Shown piece by piece: positions 55,941-64,000 of a DNA stretch of 64,000 bases. Location of the stretch: positions 176,524 to 240,523 of the forward strand of contig JASDVF010000063.1 of the NCBI GenBank assembly GCA_041440805.1, in the 5' to 3' direction. The DNA is from Myxococcota bacterium (GTDB lineage Bacteria; Myxococcota_A; UBA9160; UBA4427). A program made the position numbers and the translations under genes. Numbering within the stretch: the first letter of the stretch is position 1; the number at the start of each line of letters is the position of its first letter. Below the pieces are notes generated by a model. The model did no database searches. It was not told the DNA's origin and worked only from the letters and a program-made list of their open reading frames with translations.

Positions 55941-55991
55941 CGATAGCCCCCTAGAGCCCCCGATAGCCCCCTAGAGCCAACCTATAGCCCC
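55941..55991. repeat. tandem 20-bp repeat (itself a degenerate ~10-bp unit, 5 copies) in a convergent spacer
   Basis: cgatagcccc ctagagcccc | cgatagcccc ctagagcc aa cctatagcccc. The last copy overlaps the stop codon of the gene at 55982..57223(-). Confidence 0.85.
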
Positions 55992-57223
55992 TCGATCCAT
56001 TCGCGAAGTCCCAGCCGTTCGACCGCCGCTGCGCCTCGCTTCGTTACCGCGAGGACCGTCTCACTTCGTTCAGTGAGTGAACTGAGCCCAAGTGGAACGA
56101 CGCCGACCATGAGCGTCTGATACGAAAAGGCTCGGTACTGCTCGAAAGCTTCGTCGAAGGAGAGCGTTACGCCGTGGCGTTCGAGCTCTGCGCAGTAGCC
56201 ACGAATGAGGGCGTCCTCATTTTCTGCGAGCACTTCCGAATCGAGTGAGTTGATCAGGAAATACTGCACATCACGCATGCCCTTGCTCCAGTGCACCGCT
56301 TGAAAGTCGATCATCCCAACCTTGGGGCCCGTCTCCGTCGGGTATTCAAAGCAGTTGCCGAGATGACTGTCGCCGTGGGCGAGGGTGAGAGGGCCTTTGT
56401 ACCACGCGTCGAGGACCGCATCCCATCGGTCGAGCGCGAGTCGACAGGTTTCGACGAGACGCGGGCTTATGAGATCGGGCGCGGCCTTTTGCGCGGGGGC
56501 GAGGGCGGAAGCATTGAGCGCCCGGGTCACGCGCTTCCATTTGGGCGCGGTGTATGTGTTGTATTCGCCGGGAAGCAGAGCCTCTCGTTCTGCTTCGGTC
56601 TTGCCCTCAAAATGGGCATGCATTTCCGCGAAGCTTGCGAGCACACGTTCCGCTTGTTCTGGCGTGGTGCCCGCGGCCATGTCCCGATTGATGAAGAGCT
56701 TTACGCCGGGAGTCTCATGAAGATTCTCTAGCAGCAAGATGAAGCGCGAGCCGCGTTTTGCGGCCGCGTAGACCTTGGGTACGCGCAGAGGGATTTGATG
56801 TGCGAGGCGCTGGCAGAAGAGGACCTCAAGAGGCCAAAAGCCCAGCGTGTTCGCAAAGGATCGTGTCGCCGTTTCTTTGCACGGGATCTTTGCGTAGAGG
56901 GTGCGAGGGGTGTCGTGAACCGGATCGGCTATGCCGATCGTTTGGTCAAATTCGACATCGACTAAGAAGTTGATGCAGTTGCTGCTCTCGAAGTCGACCC
57001 CGGGCAAGCGTGCCGCGATGATCTCTGGAAGTCGCCGGCCGACCTTCGGAGGATAGTCGTCGAGGAGACTGTTAAGTGTCTTTGCATCCGCAATAGATTC
57101 GCGTGAACAAGGTAACGAGCGGCCGAATCGGTCGCCTACCGCATCGGCGCCGATTTGTAGGAGTGAGCTGGCAGTCCGTGCGGCCAGTAGTGTGCCGCCG
57201 ATCAGAGCGTCGCTGCGTGTCAA
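55982..57223 (-). CDS. phosphotransferase-fold kinase (APH/choline-kinase/EcKL-like)
   Basis: 413 aa. TTG start. Brenner-type catalytic motif LAHGDSHLGNCF and metal-binding IDFQ. Confidence 0.7.
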   Translation of the reverse strand: MTRSDALIGGTLLAARTASSLLQIGADAVGDRFGRSLPCSRESIADAKTLNSLLDDYPPKVGRRLPEIIAARLPGVDFESSNCINFLVDVEFDQTIGIADPVHDTPRTLYAKIPCKETATRSFANTLGFWPLEVLFCQRLAHQIPLRVPKVYAAAKRGSRFILLLENLHETPGVKLFINRDMAAGTTPEQAERVLASFAEMHAHFEGKTEAEREALLPGEYNTYTAPKWKRVTRALNASALAPAQKAAPDLISPRLVETCRLALDRWDAVLDAWYKGPLTLAHGDSHLGNCFEYPTETGPKVGMIDFQAVHWSKGMRDVQYFLINSLDSEVLAENEDALIRGYCAELERHGVTLSFDEAFEQYRAFSYQTLMVGVVPLGLSSLTERSETVLAVTKRGAAAVERLGLREWIEGL

Positions 57224-57246
57224 ATGACAGGGTTCCGTAGTTGGTG

Positions 57247-58734
57247 TTAGCTGAGGGAAAGCAGCTTATGTGCGCCGCTCATCCGAGTTTGAATATCGAG
57301 CCCCGACGGACATGTACCGGCGCAGGGCGCGGCACATCCCGCACAGACCGACGCGTTCTTTGCGAGCTCTCCGTAGAGGCGCATGCCTTCTTTTTGGGCT
57401 CCGAAATTTTCGAAATACATCCGCTGGCGAAGCACGTCATGGATCGGCAGCTGCTCTTCGCAGCTTTCCAGGCAAGCACCACAATGAGGACGACAGTAGT
57501 TGTCTGTTGTGAGTTCGCTGTAGCGATCGAGCACTGCGACGTCCTGGGGCCGAAGGGATTGTCCGGACGCGTAGAGGAATTCGTCGAGCTGCCCGGTCTC
57601 CCAGAGTGAGATGACGAGGCAGGACACGCTTGGATTCGAGAGCACCCACTTGAAACTTGCCTGGGTGAATGAATCGCGCTCGTCCGGCGACCAGTTCAGG
57701 AAATGATGCATCGATCCGCGCAAGGTCTTCATACCGACGATCCCAATATCTTTGGCGGCGGCGCGATTGATGATGTTTTCGAGGCTGGGCCAGGCGCCAA
57801 AATGATAGGCGAGCATCATGACGTCGAAGCGGTCGCTCTCGACGGCTGCGCTCGCGACGGCTTCTAAGTTAGGCGTGTGGGTCGATACGCCGAGGAAGCG
57901 AACCTTGCCCTGCTCTTTGAGTCGATCGAAGGCTTCATGGACGTTTGGGTCCATCAGGCGATCAACGGAATCGCAGGAATGGATGTGGACGAGATCCACC
58001 CAGTCGGTCTGAAGTCGCGTGAGGCTGCCTTCGACTGCCTGCATGTAGTCTTCGACGCTCGATCCAGGCGCCAGGTGTCCGTTGGGAAGGCAGAACTTGG
58101 TCGCGACGAACATCTTGTCGCGCTGGCCCTTCATGGCCTCGCCGAAGCGCTTTTCGGAACCGGACTCGCTGTAGTCGGGGGCCGTATCGAAGTAGTTGAT
58201 GCCGCGATCAATCGCTTCGCGGGTGACTTCGACGGTTTGTCGTCCGCCCGTGCTTGATCCAGAGCCGAGGGAAATGTCAGACACGAAGGCGTTTGTTCTG
58301 CCGAGTCGTCGATAGCCTTCGACGCGTGCCCCGGCCCATTCGTCACGAGAGACGTCGGACTTGTATTCTGGCCTGACAAGAAAAATGTTCTTGGCTGTGA
58401 TACTGCCCCATTTTCGATTTGGGATGATCGCTGCGGCGAGGCTGGCCGCGATGCCACCTGTCGTGCCTAATGCGGCTGTTAGGAATCGACGCCGGCCGCT
58501 CGGCGATTTCAGCTGGCCGTCCGCATCTTTGCTTGGGGCGGCGGCGGCGCGAATGGTGAAAACGATGCTGATGCCCACCGATACGAGCACCATTGCCGCG
58601 ACGCCTAGCTCGCTACTGGCGGCGACCCGGCCCTCGATGCGATGTCCCAAAAACTTGCTGAGGTAGAGCGCAGAAAAACTGATCGAGAGGAGCCATGAAA
58701 GAAGTGCAATTCGGGTGGCGGGCATAGAGCTCAT
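57247..58734 (-). CDS. aldo/keto reductase fused to a C-terminal Fe-S (Cys-cluster) domain, with N-terminal membrane/RR segment
   Basis: 495 aa. AKR core GINYFDTAPDY...FVATKF...RFLGVSTH. C-terminus CRPHCGACLESC...CAGCAAPCAGTCP. N-terminus has two hydrophobic helices, then SGRRRFLTAALGTTGGIAASLAAA. Confidence 0.75.
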   Translation of the reverse strand: MSSMPATRIALLSWLLSISFSALYLSKFLGHRIEGRVAASSELGVAAMVLVSVGISIVFTIRAAAAPSKDADGQLKSPSGRRRFLTAALGTTGGIAASLAAAIIPNRKWGSITAKNIFLVRPEYKSDVSRDEWAGARVEGYRRLGRTNAFVSDISLGSGSSTGGRQTVEVTREAIDRGINYFDTAPDYSESGSEKRFGEAMKGQRDKMFVATKFCLPNGHLAPGSSVEDYMQAVEGSLTRLQTDWVDLVHIHSCDSVDRLMDPNVHEAFDRLKEQGKVRFLGVSTHTPNLEAVASAAVESDRFDVMMLAYHFGAWPSLENIINRAAAKDIGIVGMKTLRGSMHHFLNWSPDERDSFTQASFKWVLSNPSVSCLVISLWETGQLDEFLYASGQSLRPQDVAVLDRYSELTTDNYCRPHCGACLESCEEQLPIHDVLRQRMYFENFGAQKEGMRLYGELAKNASVCAGCAAPCAGTCPSGLDIQTRMSGAHKLLSLS

Positions 58735-59000
58735 CTCCGGGGGCGCGTCGGCTATACCGATGGGTGCCCGTGAACGGTAGGTCGAACGATCGCCTCCCGC
58801 ATGACCGAACCGGGCCTAGCTCGGAGTTGGCGTACACTTGCTTAAGACTTTGCTACTGGGCGTGCTGTGTGGAGTAGTGCCGTGTGGAGAGACGATCGCT
58901 CAGGATTTCGTGCAGACCAGTGAAGGGAATATGATGCGGTGCATGCATGTTGTTGGCTGCGCTGGCTCTGCGCGGTTGCGCGGCTTCCGGGCGGCTCAAG

Positions 59001-60464
59001 TCAGCTCTTCTCCGCCTGCTCTGCGAACTCCTCTTCCGGAGAGAGAATCATGCGGTGGCGCGCGTAGAAGGCGAAATATGCCACCGAGAGCGCGTACCAG
59101 AGCGCGACCCCGTAGATCCCGGGGCGGTAATCTGGATTCACGAAGAGACACACAAGTGTGATGGAGGCTATGACGAGCGCGATTGCCGCCCCGCTTCGAC
59201 CCAGTGGGCTCACGTAGGGGCGCTCGAGCCCTTCCATCGACTTAATGCGGAGGTAGGCCGCCATCTGGAATATATACGCGATCACCGCGCCGAAGACGGC
59301 CATGTTAAGGAGCACACCGCCGACCGGAACTTCGCCGAAGAACGCCTGGCCGTATTCGATCGCAAGCGCGACGAGGAATCCGGCGACCGCTCCTACGATG
59401 AGCGCGACATGGGGCGTTTTACGTGTCTTGTGCGTACGTGACATCCAAGTCGGAAAATATCCCGCGCGCGACAGCGAGTAGATATTGCGCCCATAGGCAT
59501 AAATGATGGCATGGAAACTCGCTATGAGTCCGGCCACCGCGGCGAGGGAGAGGGCGGTTGCGCTGGCGCCCTCGCCGAAGATCGTTTGAAACGCCAAGAA
59601 CAGGGGTTCCTCGGAAGCGCCTACGACGGCGGCTCCGGGAGCGATTCCGGCATTGAGGAAGAGGGTGAATAGCGATGCGACGATTAGCGTGGCGATTCCC
59701 CAGAGCAGCCCACGAGGCATATCTCGTTTGGGATCATGGCTCTCCTCGGCAGCGAGTGGCAGCTGTTCGATCGCCAGATAGAACCAGATAGCGAAGGGCA
59801 GGCAGGCTGTGACACCGGACAGGCCGCGCGGGAACCATCGCGAGGCGCCGGGATCCGGGACCACCGAAAGCGCATGATCCCAGCTGAAGAGAGGGATGGC
59901 CCCGATCCAAAAGACGATCAGTACAAGCAGTGCGATGAACGTGATCACGACTGTTAGTCGGAAGGTGAGTTCAACGCCGATGATATTGATTCCGACGAAT
60001 ACCGCGTAAAAGAGAGCCCACAGCACGGGGGCAGGGACGCTCCAGCCGAAGCTCGTTTCGAGGATCGTGCCGACATAGCCTCCGATCCCCACGACGATCA
60101 CGGCGGGGGTGAGGACGTATTCGATGCTTTCCGCGAGGCCGGTCAGAAAGCCGCCCCAAGGCCCGAAGGCCATTCGGCCGAAGGAGTAGGCGCCGCCGGT
60201 ATGAGGCAGGGCTGGAGAGAGTTCTGCGATTGAGAAGCAGAGGCCGATGTACATCACTGCGACTATGAGCGTCGCTGTGAGGAGTCCGCCGAATCCGCCA
60301 GAGAGCAGCCCGAAATTCCAGCCAAAGAAATCACCAGAGATGACCGCACCGACACCAAGTGCCCACAGCGACCACACGCCGGCGAAACGCCGCAAGCCGC
60401 GCTCCTCGAAATAGGAGTCATCGGCGCGCTGGTAGGTCACGCCGCTTCGTTTGGTCTCGGTCAT
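59001..60464 (-). CDS. APC-family amino acid permease, ethanolamine-permease-like
   Basis: 487 aa. YFEERGLRRFAGVWSLWALGVGAVISGDFFGWNFGL closely resembles the ethanolamine permease (Eat) N-terminal signature. Confidence 0.75.
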   Translation of the reverse strand: MTETKRSGVTYQRADDSYFEERGLRRFAGVWSLWALGVGAVISGDFFGWNFGLLSGGFGGLLTATLIVAVMYIGLCFSIAELSPALPHTGGAYSFGRMAFGPWGGFLTGLAESIEYVLTPAVIVVGIGGYVGTILETSFGWSVPAPVLWALFYAVFVGINIIGVELTFRLTVVITFIALLVLIVFWIGAIPLFSWDHALSVVPDPGASRWFPRGLSGVTACLPFAIWFYLAIEQLPLAAEESHDPKRDMPRGLLWGIATLIVASLFTLFLNAGIAPGAAVVGASEEPLFLAFQTIFGEGASATALSLAAVAGLIASFHAIIYAYGRNIYSLSRAGYFPTWMSRTHKTRKTPHVALIVGAVAGFLVALAIEYGQAFFGEVPVGGVLLNMAVFGAVIAYIFQMAAYLRIKSMEGLERPYVSPLGRSGAAIALVIASITLVCLFVNPDYRPGIYGVALWYALSVAYFAFYARHRMILSPEEEFAEQAEKS

Positions 60465-60579
60465 GGTACTCCTTGAAGGGCGAGGCGTTACGGATGGCCG
60501 ATCGCTCTTGCTCGGCTTTGCCTAGCTTGGTTTGGCCCGGCCGGACTTCTTTCGCAGGACGTCGGCGGATCGCAGCGGG

Positions 60580-61770
60580 CTAGATGATCTCGTTCTCGCG
60601 CAAGGACTTCACCTGATCGGAGCTGAGTCCGAACTCAGAAAGCACCTCATCCGTATGTTCCCCAGGATCCGGGGAAGGTCGACGAATTTCGTCGCTCACG
60701 CCATCGAGATGAGTGGCATTTCGAATAATTTCAATCTCGCCTACACCGGGATGCGTCACCTTGGCGGCAACGCCGAGGTGCTTTACCTGCGGGTCGGCGA
60801 AGGTCTGAGCCAGATCGTTGACGGGTCCAGAAGGGATTCCGACTGCGTTCATTCGCTCGACCCAGTCCTCGGTCGTGCGTGGGGCGAGAGCCGTTTCAAG
60901 TTCAATGTTGAGGGCCGCCCGATTCAACGCTCGATCATTCGCGGTGGCGAAGCGGGGATCGTTTTCGAGCTCCGGGCGTTCGAGGATTTCGCATAACGCT
61001 GACCACATTCGGCCCCAGGGAGCAGCGAGGTTCATGTGGCCGTCTCGGGTTGCATACATCCCCATAGGCCCAAGCGTCGGGTGGTCGTTGCCGGCTTGAG
61101 GCGGGACTTCCCCTGCAACGGTAAAGCGCGCCGCTTGGAAGTCGAGCATCCCGATCATCGACTCGAGCAAAGATGTAGTGACATAACGTCCTCGTCCCGT
61201 CCGCTTCCGTTCATGCAGGGCAACGAGAATGCCCACTGCGAGCTGAAGGCCGGCGGTGATATCCGAGATCGCAACGCCGGCACGGACGGGTCCCTGGCCG
61301 GGAATTCCCGTGACGCTCATCATGCCGCCGAGGCCTTGCGCGATTTGATCAACGCCGCCGCGATCGGCGTAGGGGCCCTCCTGCCCGAAGCCAGAGATCG
61401 ATCCCATAACGAGCAGTGGATTGATCTCGTGGACGGTTGCCCAGTCGAAACCCAGTCGGGCTTTCACAGGGGGGCGCATGTTTTCGACCAAGACGTCCGC
61501 ACGCTTGATCATACGATGCAAGAGGGCGCGCCCTTCCTCCCGTTTGAGGTCGAGACTCAAGCTTCGTTTGTTCCTGTGGAGATTCAGGTAGTCAGGAGAG
61601 TGATGAGCGAAGCCGGTATCCGCCCCCGGTCGCTGTTCGATGCGCACGACGTTGGCGCCCCAGTCCGCGAGTTGGCGAACGGCAGTCGGTCCCGCTCGAG
61701 CAATCGTGAGATCGAGAACCAGCAAATCGGAGAGTGGAAGAGCATCGGTTTTTGACGGCGTTTCGGGCAT
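60580..61770 (-). CDS. family-III CoA-transferase (CaiB/BaiF)
   Basis: 396 aa. LSDLLVLDLTIARAGPTAVRQLADWGANVVRIE, GVDQIAQGLGG. Asp loop VAISDITAGLQLAVGILVAL. Confidence 0.9.
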   Translation of the reverse strand: MPETPSKTDALPLSDLLVLDLTIARAGPTAVRQLADWGANVVRIEQRPGADTGFAHHSPDYLNLHRNKRSLSLDLKREEGRALLHRMIKRADVLVENMRPPVKARLGFDWATVHEINPLLVMGSISGFGQEGPYADRGGVDQIAQGLGGMMSVTGIPGQGPVRAGVAISDITAGLQLAVGILVALHERKRTGRGRYVTTSLLESMIGMLDFQAARFTVAGEVPPQAGNDHPTLGPMGMYATRDGHMNLAAPWGRMWSALCEILERPELENDPRFATANDRALNRAALNIELETALAPRTTEDWVERMNAVGIPSGPVNDLAQTFADPQVKHLGVAAKVTHPGVGEIEIIRNATHLDGVSDEIRRPSPDPGEHTDEVLSEFGLSSDQVKSLRENEII

Positions 61771-61831
61771 GTGAGGTGAGTATACGTTGGGTACCGTTTG
61801 AGTGACCCCAAATATTCAGGAGATCCCCAGC

Positions 61832-62749
61832 ATGATCGAAGGCCAACGCATTCTCGTCACCGGCGCGACGGGCCAAGTCGCTCGTCCCCTTGCAGAGATA
61901 CTGAACAAAAATAACGAAGTCTGGGCCGCCGCGCGCTTCTCCGACGCGAAGGCGAAGGAAGAGCTCGAAGCGATCGGGATCAATACGGCGCTCTTTTCGA
62001 TGGGCGAGGATGATCTGTCGGGTCTTCCGGATGTCGACTACGTCTTTCATTGCGGCGCAAACGTCGATCCTGCGAGTCCCGAAATAGGCATGGCGCAAAA
62101 CGCCGAGGGCTCAGGATTCTTGATGCAGCGGTACAAGGATGCGAAGGCCTTTCTTCATATGTCCTCGTCCTCGGTTTATCGCGTGCCTGTGGGATCGTCG
62201 GAACCGATTCACGAAGACCACGAGTTGGGCGGCTACGCTTCCTACTCGCCGCATTATGCGATGAGCAAGTTAGTTTCTGAGTCGGTGGTGCGTTTTCAGG
62301 CGCGGGCTCTTGGTCTGCCGACTGTGATTACGCGCCTCGATGTCGCCTACGGAACGCGTGGGCACGGCGGCGTGCCCATGATCATCTATGAATTCATGAA
62401 GCACGGTATGTCGTATACCCGCGCGGAAGGCGGAGAGAGTTTCTGTTCCCCGATTCATGAAGACGATATCGCGACGCAGGCTCAGAACTTGATTCTGAAG
62501 GCTGCCGTGCCCGCTCCGATCGTGAACCTGGGAGGAGACGACGTCGTTTCGATTGAGATGATCATCGCCTATGTCGAAGAGATCACCGGCTTGACTATGA
62601 AGGTAGAAGTTGGGCCCGAGGCATCGTGGGGTATGAAGGTACTCGACAATACTCGCCGCAAGGAACTCGGCGGCCCCTGCAATGTCACTTGGAAAGATGG
62701 CATTCGGAATGCACTCGCCGTCCGCCATCCGGACGCACTGCTCGCCTAA
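61832..62749 (+). CDS. NAD-dependent epimerase/dehydratase family protein
   Basis: Trimmed to the ATG at 61832, with CAGGAG 9 nt upstream. ILVTGATGQVARPL, YAMSK (YxxxK). Confidence 0.8.
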   Translation: MIEGQRILVTGATGQVARPLAEILNKNNEVWAAARFSDAKAKEELEAIGINTALFSMGEDDLSGLPDVDYVFHCGANVDPASPEIGMAQNAEGSGFLMQRYKDAKAFLHMSSSSVYRVPVGSSEPIHEDHELGGYASYSPHYAMSKLVSESVVRFQARALGLPTVITRLDVAYGTRGHGGVPMIIYEFMKHGMSYTRAEGGESFCSPIHEDDIATQAQNLILKAAVPAPIVNLGGDDVVSIEMIIAYVEEITGLTMKVEVGPEASWGMKVLDNTRRKELGGPCNVTWKDGIRNALAVRHPDALLA

Positions 62750-62859
62750 TGCCCATCAGAGACGCAGTATTCCTGAGAGTTTCTAAAATTCTTGTTAGGG
62801 ACTCTGGGCGGAACCCTCTAGAGACTCTTCCATCGCGAAGCTCCGCTCTCGCGAGCGAC

Positions 62860-62897
62860 GCTAGAGGAGGCTAGAGGAGGGCAAGAGGAGGGCTAGG
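62860..62897. repeat. tandem 10-11-bp repeat carrying three GGAGG motifs, in a convergent spacer
   Basis: gctagaggag gctagaggag ggcaagaggag ggctagg. The last partial copy overlaps the stop of the SDR gene 62893..63699(-). Confidence 0.85.
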
Positions 62898-63699
62898 CGC
62901 TCGGTACGCCTTCTTGGTACCAACCGGCGGTGAGTCCCGCGTCGACCACAAAGTCTGCCGCAGTGCAGGATCGGCTCTCATCCGAGGCGAGAAAGAGCGC
63001 CATCATGGCGATGTCGTTCAAGCGACTGCCGGGAACGACGGGCCGCGGATCCTTCAAAATTTTCTGCATCATCTGATGTGGCACGTCAGTGAGGTCTGGT
63101 TGGCCAGGGAAGAAGGCCGCGCTCATATTGGGATTCCCAGCTTCGGGACAGACGGCGTTGACTCGAATCGCATAACGCCCGAGCTCGATTGCCGCGGACT
63201 TCGTGAGACCGCGGACCGCCCACTTGCTGGATGCATAGGCCGCGACGCCATTCATGCCTTTGAGTCCGTCCGTCGAAGCGATGTTAACGATCGATCCGCC
63301 GCCTGACTTCTTCATGTGCGGGAGGACGGCCTGCATTCCAAGGAAGGGGCCGAGTTGATTGACTTCGACGACACGCATGAAGTCTTCGCGTCGAATTTCG
63401 TCGAAAGGGGAGAGGAGTAGTACGGCGGCGTTATTCACGAGCACGTCGACTGCACCGAACTCCGTCGCCGAGAGTTCCGCCGCAGCGGCCCAGCTGGCTT
63501 CGTCGCGCACGTCGAGGTGGGTAAAGCGCGCCGCCTCACCAATCGAGTCCGCGACTGCTTGGCCCTTCTCAACCTGCACATCTCCGAGGATGAGCTGCGC
63601 GCCCTCGCTCGCGAAGACTCGCGAGAGCACCTCGCCGGTTCCCTGGGCGCAGCCCGTGATGATGACCGATTTGCCGGCGAGCCGGCCACGCTGATCCAT
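62893..63699 (-). CDS. SDR family oxidoreductase
   Basis: 268 aa. VIITGCAQGTGEV, NNAA, YASSKWAVRGLT. Confidence 0.85.
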   Translation of the reverse strand: MDQRGRLAGKSVIITGCAQGTGEVLSRVFASEGAQLILGDVQVEKGQAVADSIGEAARFTHLDVRDEASWAAAAELSATEFGAVDVLVNNAAVLLLSPFDEIRREDFMRVVEVNQLGPFLGMQAVLPHMKKSGGGSIVNIASTDGLKGMNGVAAYASSKWAVRGLTKSAAIELGRYAIRVNAVCPEAGNPNMSAAFFPGQPDLTDVPHQMMQKILKDPRPVVPGSRLNDIAMMALFLASDESRSCTAADFVVDAGLTAGWYQEGVPSA

Positions 63700-63889
63700 G
63701 TTCCCTCCAGAATGTACGCATAGTTGGCGGTTGGGTGTCGATCGAGCTTACCCCGTTGAACTCGTCGGGGAAGCGCGAAACGGGACGAGAAATATTAAGC
63801 GTGGAAGCGGATCGGCACGAGGGGGTTAAAGTGGGGAGGCGCGTCCGAGCGGCGAAAAAGCTGTCTTCGCGGACGAAGGAGGTAATCGG

Positions 63890-64000
63890 ATGGCTTCGGA
63901 TGTGATGCTCGATTTCGACTGGGATCCGATGGATACGGCCGAGCGGATTCCTCATGACGTCTACGCGCGGCTGCGGCGAGAACAACCGATCTCCAAGACA
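63890..64000 (+). CDS. probable cytochrome P450, N-terminal fragment (continues beyond the right edge)
   Basis: ATG at 63890 with AAGGAGG 6-7 nt upstream. MASDVMLDFDWDPMDTAERIPHDVYARLRREQPISKT resembles P450 N-termini (FDPxD...YxxLRxExPV). Only 37 codons are visible. Confidence 0.5.
   Translation, partial: MASDVMLDFDWDPMDTAERIPHDVYARLRREQPISKT

Noticed and set aside
1-64000. Impression that TTAGGC/GCCTAA (Leu-Gly as TTA-GGC) and CTAG (CTA-Gnn) are unusually frequent for a GC-rich genome. Examples: 19942, 21574, 30631, 48624, 49934 and 55758 on plus-strand genes; 15231, 29466, 37418, 40561, 50900, 51680, 53893 and 58465 on minus-strand genes.
   Set aside because: A back-of-envelope mononucleotide expectation for one hexamer on both strands of 64 kb is in the same range as what I saw. 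Several occurrences are in other frames, and CTC-GGC and CTG-GGC Leu-Gly pairs also occur. A frame-resolved k-mer and codon-pair computation against synonymous shuffles would be needed before claiming anything.
1-64000. Search for CRISPR arrays, transposases, integrases, phage genes, toxin-antitoxin pairs, restriction-modification or other known defence-system genes
   Set aside because: I recognised none. The only repeats are the three short tandem arrays listed. Gene content is metabolic and transport throughout, so I cannot support calling any part of the window a mobile or defence island.

Overview
GC-rich (roughly 60% by eye), densely coding bacterial chromosomal segment with about 53 protein-coding genes on both strands. 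I recognised no rRNA, tRNA, CRISPR array, transposase, integrase or phage genes. Content is dominated by acyl-CoA, lipid and xenobiotic metabolism:
- four family-III (CaiB/BaiF) CoA-transferase genes, one a tandem two-domain fusion
- two adjacent acyl-CoA dehydrogenases
- a thiolase-like protein lacking the catalytic cysteines, translationally coupled to a DUF35 Zn-ribbon protein
- a MaoC hydratase, an acyl-CoA synthetase, three P450s (one partial at the right edge), five SDRs and an LLM oxidoreductase
- a 13-kb co-directional cluster with two PAPS-type sulfotransferases, an SSS transporter and an RND pump with its adaptor

The most notable point is at 54065..54604(-). Two ORFs listed separately in the track are one gene interrupted by an in-frame TGA inside a U-G-S-C motif. 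This is a predicted selenoprotein of the function-unknown UGSC family. It has its own SD+ATG and hairpins directly after the UGA, and is followed by an uncharacterised 360-aa partner gene.

Other points:
- an SSS transporter whose conserved N-terminus has no canonical start codon
- an exported beta-propeller fused to a methyltransferase
- a decayed enoyl-CoA hydratase relic
- short tandem repeats confined to three convergent 3'-3' spacers

Caveats: many M residues at track ORF starts are really GTG or TTG, and many track ORFs carry spurious N-terminal extensions. I trimmed these to an ATG with an SD where one was evident. All functional calls are by-eye motif recognition, with no database search or computation.
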